This document shows, in pieces, positions 42,755-56,629 of a stretch of 64,000 nt of DNA; position 1 is the stretch's first letter, and each line of letters begins with the position of its first letter. The notes under the pieces are model-generated. The model worked only from the letters and a program-made list of their open reading frames with translations, did no database searches and had not been told where the DNA came from. The stretch comes from Octopus vulgaris (Eukaryota), in contig OX597833.1 in assembly GCA_951406725.2 (NCBI GenBank), positions 2,294,001 to 2,358,000 on the forward strand, in the 5' to 3' direction. The translations under genes were made by a program, and so were the position numbers.

Positions 42755-43572
42755 GAAGAGATATAATGAGCGGTAGTTAAACATATGTGTGTGTGTGTGT
42801 GTTTGTGAGAGTATATATATATATATATATATATATACGTATATATGTATGTGTGTATGAATGTATGTATGTATCTCCATGTGTGTATGCGCGTGTGTGT
42901 GTTAGTATACCAATATAATATACATAGGTGAGTATACGGACACAACCACAGACACAAATGCGTACTTGTATGTATACGCGCGTACATTTCGGCGTGTATG
43001 TGTGTATCGGCGTGTGTGTATCGACGTGTGTGTATGTGTGTATGTGTGTATCGGCGTGTGTGTGTGTGTGTGTGCAAGAACTGCCTTCACTATACAAGGT
43101 TCAGTGCCTCTATGAATATTTCAATTTGTGTCTACATAATTTTACATAAATAATGAGAAAATGTCTACGCGAAGAGGCCCGGGCCTTGCTTCCTTCCAAT
43201 TCCTTTCCACATGCTTTATTTAATGCAGGAACCGCTCTGTGCACAGTAATATATTTTTAATTGCTTACACATAACTGCATTCACTTACATACATACATAC
43301 ATACACCCATGCGTATGTATGTATGTATACACGTGTGTGCATATGTATATATCTCGGTGCGTGTATGCGTGTGCTTGCGTGTGTATGTGTGTGTGTGTGT
43401 GTGTGTGTGTACTGTAGTTTCTATCTGTTATCTACAATACTGCGTTTTTTTTGGGGGTTTTTTTGGGGGGTTTTTTTGCCTCCTCTAAATATATTCAGAT
43501 GATGAACAATAAATCATTTGTTTTCTCCGCTGTCAAATAAAGAAAACTCAGTCTGTTTGCGTGTGAATGTGT

Positions 43573-43645
<73 letters not shown>

Positions 43646-43782
43646 TATCTGTATGAGTGCGTACATGTCTGCGTGTATGTGTATACATATATGGTTATCT
43701 GTCGAACATATATATATATGCTTGTACGTATGTGCATATGAATATATGTATGAATGCATGTGTGTACATACATATATGTCTG

Positions 43783-43815
<33 letters not shown>

Positions 43816-43892
43816 GTGTGTGTGTGTGTATATACACACATATACACACAGATATATGTGTGAATGCATGTGTGTACATACATATATGTTTG

Positions 43893-43968
<76 letters not shown>

Positions 43969-44111
43969 CACACATATACACACAGATATATGTATGAATG
44001 TGTTTAAATGAACGTGCGGTTTACTGTGCTTTTTGTATGAATGCATATGTCTTTATCGCAGTTTGCACGGCCTGTTACACACAATTAACTGTGATATACC
44101 CATGTATATAT

Positions 44112-44170
<59 letters not shown>

Positions 44171-44627
44171 TGTATATATGTATATATATAGATATATACA
44201 TATATATGTGTATATGTGTGTGTTTGTTTGTGTCTATATATATATATATATATAAATACATATATGCATCTATGTATACACACACACGTTCCTACATATA
44301 TCTGTCTATGCCTCAACCTAACCGCGCACACGCACATCCACACTGACACACAATCCTACGTTTACTCCAGTGCAGGAAACGTGTTCGGCTGTGCCACTGT
44401 GTGTGTACGTGTCTGACGCATGCGCATGCCTGGTGAGATTATAATTCTACGCCGATAATCTTTTTATTCATCCTCACACCCACACTCCCATTCACATTTC
44501 AGTCTTTTTCTCCCACCTTCTCAAACTCTGTCAATCTTTTTTTTTTAAGTACATAAGGACTGCATCTACTTATATATGTTTATACATACACACACGTACG
44601 TATATACACATATATAAGTGTATATAC

Positions 44628-44668
<41 letters not shown>

Positions 44669-44691
44669 TATATGTTTGTGTATGTATTATG

Positions 44692-44733
<42 letters not shown>

Positions 44734-44753
44734 GATATATATATGTAAAAAAA

Positions 44754-44841
<88 letters not shown>

Positions 44842-45074
44842 GCATATTGCCTGCGAGCATGCATTTGTGAGAGTGTGCTTCTCTGCGAGTGTGTATGTTC
44901 CTGTCTTTCTGTGTGTGGGGGTTAGTGTGTGTGTGCGCGTATGTGTATATAATATAATGTAATATAATAATGTTTACATATATTCTATAATGCAATAAAA
45001 CAATCATTATCGCCCGGTCACAGACTCAAAATGGCGGATCAAAGAGACAAAACTGAATCTGCAATATATATATG

Positions 45075-45139
<65 letters not shown>

Positions 45140-45148
45140 ATATATATG

Positions 45149-45264
<116 letters not shown>

Positions 45265-45599
45265 AATTTTTATGTAACTTGTCAGATATATATATATATA
45301 TATATATATATGTGTATGTATGTATATATATATACATTCGTGTGTGGTAGAGCGTGCGGATGGCTTTCGGCCATATTGAAAATAACTGCATCCTGGATAA
45401 CCAAATTTATCTTTCTACGTTTACTGTACGAATATACTAAAATTGTCTCTTTTACAGAAGAGCTGCTTTTTTTGATGTCAACCTTTCATCTCCTTTCAGA
45501 AGTGGATATAGTTTTGATTTTCAATGATGTTATGTAGGCAACACATATACAATGCCATGCTTAAATATTTACTTCTATGTGTGGCTCTGTGTGTGTGTG

Positions 45600-45630
<31 letters not shown>

Positions 45631-45774
45631 AAATAGTAATGATAGATTTATATATATGTGTTTGTGTTTGCGTATGCACGTATACAAAACTACTGAAAAC
45701 TGTCTCATGCGAAACAGTAGACCATCACAGTAAATTATCTACCTGCACACGCAATGGCTAAATACATATATATA

Positions 45775-46086
45775 TGCTCTACGTCATGTATATACTTAAA
45801 TGACAAACTTCTGGAAAGTCTACATATATTTACAGTTCTAGTGATGGATTGGATCTGTAGTCTTCGAATCAGCTTTCTTTTTTCTGGTTTTGAGAAGTCT
45901 AATTTCTCAAGATTGGTATTTGGACAGCGTGTTACATATCCCAGTGCCCCAATAATTCAGATATACTCCTGAACTTGTAATCAGTAGAGAGTAGCTGTAG
46001 ATTCCTCAATAGTTCAGCATAGGTCTTCTCTTTTTCGCTGATCTTTAGCTTTATATACATCTGTGGAGTAGTTGATTTCCACAACG
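45775..46086 (-). mobile_element. 3' fragment of an RLE LINE of the (TACA)n-associated group
   Basis: Reads VVEIN..DV.IKLKISEKEKTYAELLRNLQLL..DYKF..IIGALGYVTRCPNTNLEKLDFSKPEKRKLIRRLQIQSITRTVNIC (with frameshifts). The 5' junction is preceded by ATACATAC on the element strand. Confidence 0.75.
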
Positions 46087-46094
46087 TATGTATT

Positions 46095-46695
46095 CGCAGA
46101 ATGCAGTCCGGACATTTTGTAAGCTCACTATACAATAAAGTTTAGTGTCAAACTGCGGAATAGCACGACAGAACATTGTGAAATGCTCCAAGATGCTTAT
46201 GGATTAACTTGTAGGAACCAAGCATCGGTTTCTTGCTGCCAGAAGCGGTCAAGTAAATGAAGCCCAACTGTGAAGTTCATGATGATCTTTATCCAGAGCG
46301 CGGGTATTACCTACATCCACTGGGTTCGGCTCTGGTCAGACGGTCAACAAAAAAGTACTTTGTGGAAGTTTTGAGGGGGTTCACGAAGATATTCCGTCGC
46401 CAATGTCCTGAGCATTTGCACCAAGGCAATGCGCCAGTCCACAATTCCATCCGCGCAAGGAACTACCTGACAGAGATTGCAATCAAGACTGTCCCTCATC
46501 CTCTCTACAGTTTATACCTTCCTTCTTGCGACATTTTATTGTTGCCAAAGCGGTAAGAGATGAAGAGGAATTCCCTGAGGCCTTCACGAAAAAGCTGGAG
46601 CGCTACAGCAAGGGCAATGAGGTCAGAGGATTTTTATTTGAAGTATATTACAGTTCATCTGAAAAAACCTCAAAATTTCTGGAATATACCTTGTA
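46095..46695 (+). mobile_element. Decayed, internally deleted mariner transposon
   Basis: N-terminal IKFSVKL..TE..EMLQDAYG, and C-terminal HQGNAPVHNS and VPHPLYSLYLPSCD (compare HQDNAPAH and PHPPYSPDLAPCD). Ends in a TIR-like ..ATACCTTG-TA. Confidence 0.8.
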
Positions 46696-47749
46696 TATAT
46701 ATATACATATATACATACATACATACATACATACATACATACATACATACATACATACATACATACATACATACATGCATGCATACATGCACACATACCT
46801 TTGCTTCAGTATTGTATTTACTATCAAGTAAAGCAAAGAGACAGAACTTGGATTTTCATAGCAGATTTTGTTCTCAATAGAAGAAATTGCTAGATTTATT
46901 GAATCTCGTCTATATTATATTATCTGAAGGAGAGCATGAAGATTTCCGTATAGAGGAGGTCACCTCGACGTAATCATAAGTTCGGGCGTTGGATATTATA
47001 TGAATGGAGAAACAACACTGAAAATGGAAAAACAAATGTTTGAAAATGCCGTGTCCTATAATTTCTTTTCTGGTTTACGTCAATGATATATTACGGTAGG
47101 AGAATATAGCTTCATTTATCGAATTCTTCAATATACATATTTAGGAGAAGAAGCTTTATGCGATTTCTCTCTGGAAGATATCTCGATGCTTTTGGTCCAA
47201 GTTCAGGAATGGAATATTATACAGAGAGCGAAAAGGTGAAGGAGAAATTCAATGCAAAGTTGATGCTATATTAAGGTGTTTTGTTATTGCTGTTCGGATA
47301 TTCTTATGGAACGTAAAGAGCTACCTGTACAGGTAAGAATAGAAAAAGGAATGTATTAATCTTGGTGTGTTACTCCAAAGTCTTTGATTCGTGCTCTTGG
47401 TTTTAGGATTGGTAATATTTCCATTGCACAAATATTATAGACATTGTTTGAAGGTAGGTAAAATGGTGACAGAAGACACACCGCTTTATGAGGTGGATAG
47501 ATGTGTGTGTGTGAGAGAGAGAGAGAAAGAAAGAGAGAGTCTGTGTGAGAGTATGAATGTATGTTTGTATGTATGTATATGTGCATGTGTTTGTATGTAT
47601 ATGCAGATATACAACTTTTATATCTATATTCTTTACACATACATACATACATACATACATACATACATACATACATACATACATACATACATACAAACAT
47701 ATCTGCGCATGCGCTGACTCCAAATACAGTATATTTACACACATAAATA

Positions 47750-47855
47750 TAAAAATCTCCTGTTGATGGTGTCGAAATTCCAATGAAGAAGCCTTGGGTC
47801 CAAATCTCTTCTCTATTGACAAGAAATCTTGAAATAAAACTGAATAATCACACAC
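47750..47855 (+). mobile_element. 3' end of the (TACA)n-associated retroelement
   Basis: Homologous to 31426-31537 and lies just downstream of a (CATA)n array. Confidence 0.65.
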
Positions 47856-47892
47856 ACATAAATATATAGATATATATATGTATGTATGTACT

Positions 47893-47932
<40 letters not shown>

Positions 47933-48506
47933 CATACATACACACTCATACATACAGACATATATAGATATACATATATATGTGTATATTTACAAATATA
48001 TACCTTCGTATGTGTCTGTGTGTCTGTATTGAATCTATAGAATGGTTAAGCATTCAATTGCTGCCTAATATCGTATTGAATTCTAAAAACATAGAAAAAG
48101 ATGTGTTTTTAAAGAAATTATTTAGAAAAACTTTAGTTGAAAATATTCTGAGAAATATCAGTTTTGTTGAAAAATATTTTTAGAAATAATTTGTCTTAGA
48201 GCAAAATTTATGCAACAACAAACGTAATGAAAAAATATCTAGATAGCGAGAAAATAGAATGTTTTAAAAATTCAAGGGTTTTAAAGGAAAATGGCATTTT
48301 GTAAAATATTCTGAAGATTCGAAAGGAAATATAACGAAATTTGATGTTACATCTGAGTTTTTCTTTTTGCAACCACTTCTGGATGTTCCAGCCGTGACCA
48401 TCCTATATATTTCCCTCCAATTGTCAGCAATATCTAAAAGTCACATCAAATTTCGAAGCAGGAGTTGAGCTCGCCATCTTCATTTCCTTGTGCACAATAA
48501 ACAAAA

Positions 48507-48780
48507 TTCAGTGTGAAAAACTTCGAGTGCTCCGAGCGATCCCCACCGGCTTACGTACGAAAAGCCTGGAACGATGGAAAATGGCCTCGCCCGCGCGTCA
48601 TCCGTCGATCTCCGTTCACGACGAGGCAATGATCGAAGGGAGCGATCGGGGCCACCCGTATTGCGAAGTTAGAGATAAAATTCTTGGATCGTCGCAAGAC
48701 TCACTGCAGCGACGGCGTGTGGCAAGAACGTTTTCCTCGATCAAGAGCAAAAAAAGCTGGAGGTTCGAAGACAATAAGAC
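48507..48780 (+). pseudogene. Dispersed fragment of 18S (SSU) rRNA, from the end of V4 into the following conserved helices
   Basis: CGTATTGCGAAGTTAGAGATAAAATTCTTGGATCGTCGCAAGAC..GCAAGAACGTTTTCCTCGATCAAGAGC..GGAGGTTCGAAGAC follows the universal eukaryotic 18S string CGTATTGCG..GTTAGAGGTGAAATTCTTGGATCG..GCAAGAC..GCCAAGAATGTTTTCATTAATCAAGAACGAAAG..GAGGTTCGAAGAC. The flanks are not rDNA. Confidence 0.85.
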
Positions 48781-48882
48781 TTTTGAAAAAAGGGAACCGC
48801 GAAAGTGTTAATAGACAAACGTTGGATTGCCGAAAGGATTTTTTGTAAATTAGGCATCTAGACATATAAAATATACACCTAT

Positions 48883-48926
<44 letters not shown>

Positions 48927-48928
48927 TT

Positions 48929-49006
<78 letters not shown>

Positions 49007-49047
49007 GGATGGATGGATAGACGTAGATATAGATGTAAATATATATA

Positions 49048-49342
49048 CACCAGGCTTCCAGTTGAAGCAATCAATGGAACAGCCTCCTCGTGAAAATAAT
49101 GTGCAAGTGGCTGAGCACTCCGCATACACGCGTACTCTTAACGTAGTTCTCGGCGTGACACAGAAAATGACATGGCTGGCCCTTTGAAATACAGGTACAA
49201 CTCATTTTTTTCCAGCTGAGTGGACAAGAACAACATGAAATAAAGTGTCTTGCTCAAGGAATCAACACGTTGCCGGGAATTGAACAGACGACCTTACAAT
49301 CGTGAGCCGAATGCCCCTAACCACTAAGCCACGTGCCTTCAC
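49048..49342 (-). mobile_element. tRNA SINE family D (head variant 1)
   Basis: Collinear with 40335-40658. Confidence 0.82.
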
Positions 49343-49621
49343 ATATACACACATACAAACACGAACTGCTGCAAAGACAGTCGTCGGTCAACGATCGGGG
49401 GAGGATATATACTCGGTTCGATCGAATTACTTCCACACGCTCCATTCGCTAATAGGATTGTATCGTCTTACTTAGAAGGGAAATTATTAATTACGCAAAG
49501 CGACTCCTCACTATAATAGCCATCTAAAAATTAGCGCGATGAATTTTCACTTTTCATTATCATTCTCGTAACCGAATACATCTTCTAATTCTACTTCTGT
49601 TACACGGAAAAATAGAAATCT

Positions 49622-49935
49622 GCATTCATTCATTCATTCATTCATTCATTCATTCTTCTTATTTCTTCTTCTTCTTCTTCTTCTTCTTCTTCTTCTTCTT
49701 CTTCTTCTTCTTCTTCTTCTTCTTCTTCTTCTTCTTCTTCTTCTTCTTCTTCTTCTTCTTCTTCTTCTTCTTCTTCTTCTTCTTCTTCTTCTTCTTCTTC
49801 TTTTTCTTCTTCTTCTTCTTCTTTTTCTTGTTCCTCTTCTTCTTCTTCTTTTTCTTCTTCTTGTTCTTCTTCATCATCTTCTTTATCTCTGTCTTCTTTT
49901 TCTTCCTCCTTCTTCTTCTTCTTCTTCATCATCAT
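49622..49935. repeat. (ATTC)n followed by a long (TTC)n polypyrimidine tract
   Basis: Direct observation of about 45 uninterrupted TTC units. Confidence 0.95.
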
Positions 49936-52411
49936 GATCACTTGATTAATTCATATCATAATTCATATCATAATTCATCATCATCATCATCTTCTTTATA
50001 TTTTTCTTCTTTGTTTTCTTCATCATCATTATCATCATTGTCTTCATCATCATAATCATTTTCTACTTCGTCTTTGCTTCTTTCTTTTTCTCCTCCTCCT
50101 TCACCTCTTTCTTTTTTTTCTACTTTTCCTCCCACCCTCCTCTTCGTCCTCATTGTTCTTGTTTTCCTTCCTGGCCTTCTTTTTTTTTATTATTCTTATT
50201 TGTATCGCTACTGTTTTTTTTATTTATTTTTTATTATCGTTTTTATCATTATTATTATCATCATTGTCGTTGCCCTTATTTCCCCTCCTTCCGACCCCTC
50301 CCTTAGTCTTTTATCATATTCTAGCATTCTTATTGTGGTGCTTTCGCTTAAATTTTCCTTTTCCAACTCCTCCTCACACAACCCCCTCCATTTCCCCCTC
50401 CTCCTCCACCTCCTCACCACCACCATCATCATCAGTGGTCACACCAGCTTCCCCACATCAACGCACTTCATGATCTTTTGTATACTTCCACCCCACCCAC
50501 CCTCTCTCCTTTTATTTGTTCCTTGTCAGCTGTCCGTTAAAACTGCTTTTTCACGTGAGCCCCTGACACGTCCAATCTCACCTGGTCACTCTAGACAAGC
50601 CGCTGAAACTATTAATCATTCAAACAGACACTCCATACCGTGCCCATCGCCCACCACTAAAACCCCTGTCCATGTCACGGATAATGTTATTCTGGTGTTT
50701 TGTAATCGTAAGGGTGTTGTTGTGTGGATGCGCAATGGCCCAGTGGTTAGGGCAGCGTTGACATGATTGTTATGGTATTGTAAGTAATGGCCGCGTTGTG
50801 GGTTTGTAATGATGATTTTGTCTTGTATTATCCTAATGGTAGTGTTGTGGTCTTGTGGTTTTGTAATGGCTGAGTTGTGGTATTGTGACGACAATATTTC
50901 TTCTGTCATCGTAATGGAGGAGTTGTGATATATCAAAAGGATGTGTTATAATACTATTCCACATATAAAAAAAAAAACAGCCATACCAAAATCCAACATA
51001 CCTCGATCATCAGCTGCCCTACGGATATCATTATGGTTTCGACACCTGGGCAGAACCATTCAATCCAGTGGTGTCAACAGCACTAAAGATTCTAGCTGAT
51101 GGGGTTAAATCGGGCCGTAGTTCAAATATTTAACATACGAAGAGGCCGTGGATTTGAACTCAGGACCTCAAAAATCAAAAGCAATATTTGGTCAGGCATT
51201 CTTACACTTCTGCCAATCCTTCGCCCCAGAATAGAAAGTTTTCATCGATGCCAAGGGAATAAAATACACAGCTGTCCTCGGTGGGGCTTGAACTTAGAAC
51301 GCAAAAAATACCGCAAGGACAAATATCGCGAGGAGTTTTTAATCCGCCATTATTACAGTACCAAACTAGTTTGGCACTTTTCATCGACCCAGAACGAATA
51401 AAACAGTACAACTAATCGTGGCGGAATTCGAACTCAAGACACTGGGAGGCAAAGCAAATAGAGCAAGAGAACTTTATCCGACTCGGGCTTTGTTGCGTTC
51501 GTAGTCATCGTTATTTATTTTTGAGAAATCCTTTTGTGCGTATCTTTTCGTATCCATTGCTAGTTCTATACAGTTTCTAAGGTGATGCTTCCTTGTGTAA
51601 AAGCTATGGCTAAAGAAATTAACAGTATGTTTGCGTGACTCGCTAAATTTCCAATTAGTTAGAATTTCTCACAATTCTTTTACAGGAATTCTATATCTTT
51701 AAGTGGACGTCATTCACTGAACTGACGCCATGTTTTCTGCCGATATTTATTATTTATGTATCTATCTATTTCGTCTTTAAAATATCCAGTCAAATTCTAC
51801 TTTGTGACACTTAAGCTGACACGCATTTGTACGAAAGCCGCTGTGGTCGTTCTGAGAAGCATAAGTTATAGGTTCTCTGCACTTGTCACGGTTACTATCG
51901 CAAAATGAATGCTATCTAGTTTAGACAAAAGGCTAGGATTTTTAGAAGTGTTAAGTCGATGCCACTTCTTGAGTAGATCTTCTTTTCATTTTATCGATTT
52001 CCATAGCATAAAATGCTATCTTTCACCTCAGCAATATCTGAACTCTTAAATAGACAGAACAAATATTGTAACCCTTTTGACCGCTGTTCTAACGATTCTG
52101 CTAGCTTGCAGTACGAATAATGGATTTTGATTTAGGTAGGGGACAGAGATTTTAATCGAATAAATTAATCGATAGGATTGACCCCAGTAACTGATTGGTG
52201 CTGTGTTTCATCGATAAAAATGATAAAGAGCAAAGTTAACTTTTGTGAGATTTGAACACCGAATGTAAAGATCCGTAAGGAATACCGCAAAGCCCTTTCC
52301 TGGGCCTTTCTATCGATTCCGTCAATTTATCGCCTTCGATGCTACCCTAACATAACAGAGCGCTCTTTACCATTGAAATCCGTAGTCACCGTAGAAGTAT
52401 CTGACTCCATA

Positions 52412-52616
52412 TTCTTTTAATCTTTTATTTGTTTCAGTCATTTGACTGCGGCCATGTACTTATTGTATGGGTCTCTTTTGCCGAAACGCTAGGTTACGGG
52501 AACGTAAACACACCAGGATCGGTCGTCAAGCGACGGTGGGGAGACAAACACAGACACACAAACATACACACATGCACAACGTACACACGCAAGCAAACAC
52601 ACACACACACACACAC

Positions 52617-52654
<38 letters not shown>

Positions 52655-52826
52655 GAGGGGCTTCTTTCATATTTTCAGTTTCCGTCGACCAAATCCACTC
52701 AGAAATCGTTGGTCGGCCCGAAGATACCGTAGAAGACACTTGCCCAAGGTGCCATGCAGTGGGACTGAACCCAGAACTATGTGGTTGGGAAGCAAGATCC
52801 TTACAACACAGCTACTCCTGTGCCTA
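52412..52826 (-). mobile_element. SINE family B, internally deleted
   Basis: Reverse complement of the family B head and tail. Confidence 0.85.
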
Positions 52827-52877
52827 TGTATACATATTTATATATGTATGTATGTATATGTGCGTGCGTGTGTGTGT

Positions 52878-52928
<51 letters not shown>

Positions 52929-52971
52929 CGCAAATGTATGACAGAAGTGACACCAATCTTTAGGGATAGGA

Positions 52972-53348
52972 AGCACTCCGTCGGTTACGACGACGAGGGT
53001 TCCGGTTGATCCAAATCAACGGAACAGCCTGCTCGTGAAATTAATGTGTAAGTGACTGAGCACTCCACAGACACGTGTACCCTTAACGTAGTTCTCGGAG
53101 ATATTCAGCGTGACACAGAGAGTGACAAGGCCGGCCCTTTGAAATACAGGTACAACAGAAACAGGAAGTAAGAGTGAGAGAAAGTTGTGGTGAAAGAGTA
53201 CAGCAGGGATCACCACCATCCCCTGCCGGAGCCTCGTGGAGTTTTAGGTGTTTTCGCTCAATAAACACTCACAACGCCCGGTCTGGGAATCGAAACCGCG
53301 ATGCTACGACCGCGAGTCCGCTGCCCTAACCACTGGGCCATTGCGCCT
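52972..53348 (-). mobile_element. Full-length tRNA SINE family D (head variant 2)
   Basis: The head GGCGCAATGGCCCAGTGGTTAGGGCAGCGGACTCGCGGTCG..GGTTTCGATTCC has A and B boxes. The 3' ~190 bp are shared with the 40335 and 49048 copies. Confidence 0.87.
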
Positions 53349-53540
53349 GCACACAACAATCTTTAGCGTTTGATGAAGGAAAGATTTTGGAATTGGAAGG
53401 ATATGTTTAATGAAAGAATGAGATGCGCGATGAAAGAAACAGAGGAGGATATAATGAATGCCTTGATGAAACGTTGATTGAATGAGATGACGAAGGAACG
53501 AGGAAATGAATGAAAATATGGGTGACTGAGATATATAATA

Positions 53541-53757
53541 TAGGCACGGTCGTTGGCGTGTAGTAAGAAATTTGCTTTCCAGCCACATTGTTCCGGGTTC
53601 AGTCCCACTGCGTGGCACCTTCGCCAAATCTCTTCTACTATAGCCCCAAGAGGCCCTAAGCATTGTGAGGAGATTTAGTAGACAGAAACAGATGTACATA
53701 TACATGCGTTCGTGTGTGTATGTGTGTATATGTGTGTTTGTGTGTGTGTGTGTACGC

Positions 53758-53792
<35 letters not shown>

Positions 53793-53980
53793 ACCACCGC
53801 TTGACGAGCGGTGTTGGTGTATTTACGTCCCTGTAACTTAGCGGAAGCAAAGACCGATAGAGTAAGCAGCAGGCTTCAGAACAAAAGTAAGAACTTCTGG
53901 GTTCGATTCATTCGACAAAAAAGTTCTTCAAGGCTATGCCCCAGCATGGCCGCAGTCTAGAGACTGAAACATGTAAGGGA
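53541..53980 (+). mobile_element. SINE family B, older copy
   Basis: GTTCCGGGTTCAGTCCCACTGCGTGGCACC..CCAGCATGGCCGCAGTCTAGAGACTGAAAC. Confidence 0.83.
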
Positions 53981-54348
53981 ATGAAATATAATGAATGATT
54001 TAATTAATAAAAGAATGATTGAAATAATTAGATGACGAGTGAGTGATATAACGAAACAATGAATGAAGAAGATAAAGCAGGAGTAAGATGACGAAGGAAT
54101 TTAAGAATGAATGAAGATTATTATGAAAGAATGTAAGATTAAACGATTGAACGATTAGGTAAATGAGAGGGTGAATGTGAAAATTAAAGAATGCGAATTG
54201 GACAGAAAGACAGAGTGAGAGGGGAGAGATGGATATACACAGATAGATAGGCTGATAAATAGATAGAAAGATAGAAGGAGAAAGGAAAAGAAAGAAAGAA
54301 AGAAGAATAGAAGGAAACAGATAGATAGATAGAGAGAGAGATATACAT

Positions 54349-54383
<35 letters not shown>

Positions 54384-54448
54384 TAGATAGATAGATAGAT
54401 AGGAAGGTAGATAGATAGATAGATAGAGAGGTAGAGAGGTAGATAGAC

Positions 54449-54508
<60 letters not shown>

Positions 54509-55245
54509 TAAAAGAAAGAGAAATGATATTAATTATGATATGAATTAATCAAGTGATTATTCAATTAAGAAAGAAATTAATCAAAATTATGGATAAATTA
54601 CGCAATTATTTAATTATCGTATTTATTTTCTAATCCACAGATGTGTTTTATGAACCGAGCTTTGGAAAATGTGATAAACGAAAATTCAAGGATCGCCAAA
54701 AGAATCCGGTAGGTTTCTTTTTTTTTACCAAAATCTAATAAATCATCAGAAAAAAATATGAAAGACAAAAAGAAAAATAACAAAAAAAAAACACACAGCT
54801 CAGCCAATGCAAACGTCTCCATTTATGTTCACCTGAGTAAATAAGATTTCAGAAAGTCTGTTTTCCATTTTAGTCTTAAAGATGGTGGGGCTGAAACTAT
54901 TTTCGTTGGTTTTGGCGTATTAATACAAGAATTACGCTCAACCATACAAAATACGCGCAAATTTGATTCAGTTCGTTCGCTACTCCCTCTCCCCACTCCT
55001 TCTCCATCATCCCCACTCTCTCACTCTCTTTTCCTCCCTCTCTTTCTCTCATCCCCTTCGTGTTTCTCTCCCTCTTTCTTAAGGCATTACTTCTTTCTCT
55101 CCTACACCTTCTCACTCTTTCTCTCTTACCATCTTTCTCCTCTACTATCTTTCTTTCTACATTATATATCTTTTTTTCATTCACTCTCTCTTTCTCTCAT
55201 TCTCTCCCCTCTTCTCTTTCACAACTTCTCATTCTCTCTTACTCC

Positions 55246-55289
<44 letters not shown>

Positions 55290-55655
55290 TGCATTCTTTG
55301 TGTTTATCTCTCTCCCTCTCTAGTCTTCTAGCCATCGGCTATTTAAATTTGGTTACTACATCTTTGAGAATTGTATTTCTCGTTTATCTGTCCAAAGATG
55401 TGCTTCCATTTGCATGCAACTCTTGTGAGGTGCATGTGCAGATTCCACTTATTGTGTGACATCAGGTGTTATCGGATACCGAAACGTATGTAAACGAAGA
55501 TCAGGCCCAATATCTTTTTTACTCTTATTACGCTTTGGATTACGCTTTGGATTACGTTGTTGCCCGTCTCAGGCGACGGAGAACCTCATTCAAAGTGATT
55601 AATTCGATTGATAATAATAGCCAAAACCAAGAATGTCAAGTGTGTCAGTCCATAC

Positions 55656-55733
<78 letters not shown>

Positions 55734-55789
55734 TCATATATATGTGTGTGTATGTGGATTTGGTAGAGGGAAACTGAAAGAAGACCGTC

Positions 55790-55841
<52 letters not shown>

Positions 55842-55877
55842 CATATATATTACATATATTTTGTGTGAGTGTATATA

Positions 55878-56207
55878 AAGGGGTGACTCCCTTTGGTCAT
55901 GAATGACCATGGGATTGCACCTAGGAAGTTGCACTCCGAAGCACAAGTCCGGGCAAGGTTGTTTTTATGGAAGACCAGCAGTCACCCATGCGTACCAGCC
56001 TCTCCTCGCCATGCCACCGATGCTGTACAAGGGAAAGGCAAAGAGGCCGATACAGTTTGGCACCAGTGACGTTCATTTCTATACCTCATTTCTATAGCTG
56101 AGTGAACTGGAGCAACGTGAAATAGTGTCTTGCTCAAGAACACAACACGCCGCCCGATTACGGGAATCGAACTCGTAATCTCGACGCTCTGACCACAGAA
56201 CCTTCAC
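55878..56207 (-). mobile_element. tRNA SINE family C
   Basis: The minus strand has a B box GAGTTCGATTCC and GTTCTTGAGCAAGACACTATTTCACGTTGCTCCAGTTCACTCAGC shared with family D variant 1, then a different 3' tail. Confidence 0.78.
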
Positions 56208-56218
56208 TGTATGTACGT

Positions 56219-56288
<70 letters not shown>

Positions 56289-56571
56289 ATATACACATAC
56301 ACAAGAACCTTACAGTAGTCTGGAACAACTGAATCTTAGTCGGTCAGTTGATGGGCTCCACTACCTCAAATGTTCTTAAAATTTAAATCCACATCTTTGT
56401 CTATATGTCTACCTTCTCTATGATTTTCCCACTTGATATGAACATTTTTGTATTAATGGAAAACTTCTATAATTGGCTGATGGGTGCTCAGCATTTTAAA
56501 ACTGTTGTAATACTTACAACATTTAATAACATGATGTAGTACGAAACGATCGTACCAAATTGCTTATTCTG

Positions 56572-56629
<58 letters not shown>

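Noticed and set aside
46860-47345. Complex segment that might be a decayed coding or TE fragment (likewise 2620-2860)
   Set aside because: Stops occur in the frames examined and there is no motif I could recognise.
50995-51050. Minus-strand GAAAC..CTGATGA, a possible type II hammerhead
   Set aside because: Stems I, II and III do not pair.
53275-53348. tRNA-like sequences (also at 9259, 15759, 49270 and 50728)
   Set aside because: They are SINE heads fused to SINE bodies and lack a complete cloverleaf or acceptor stem.
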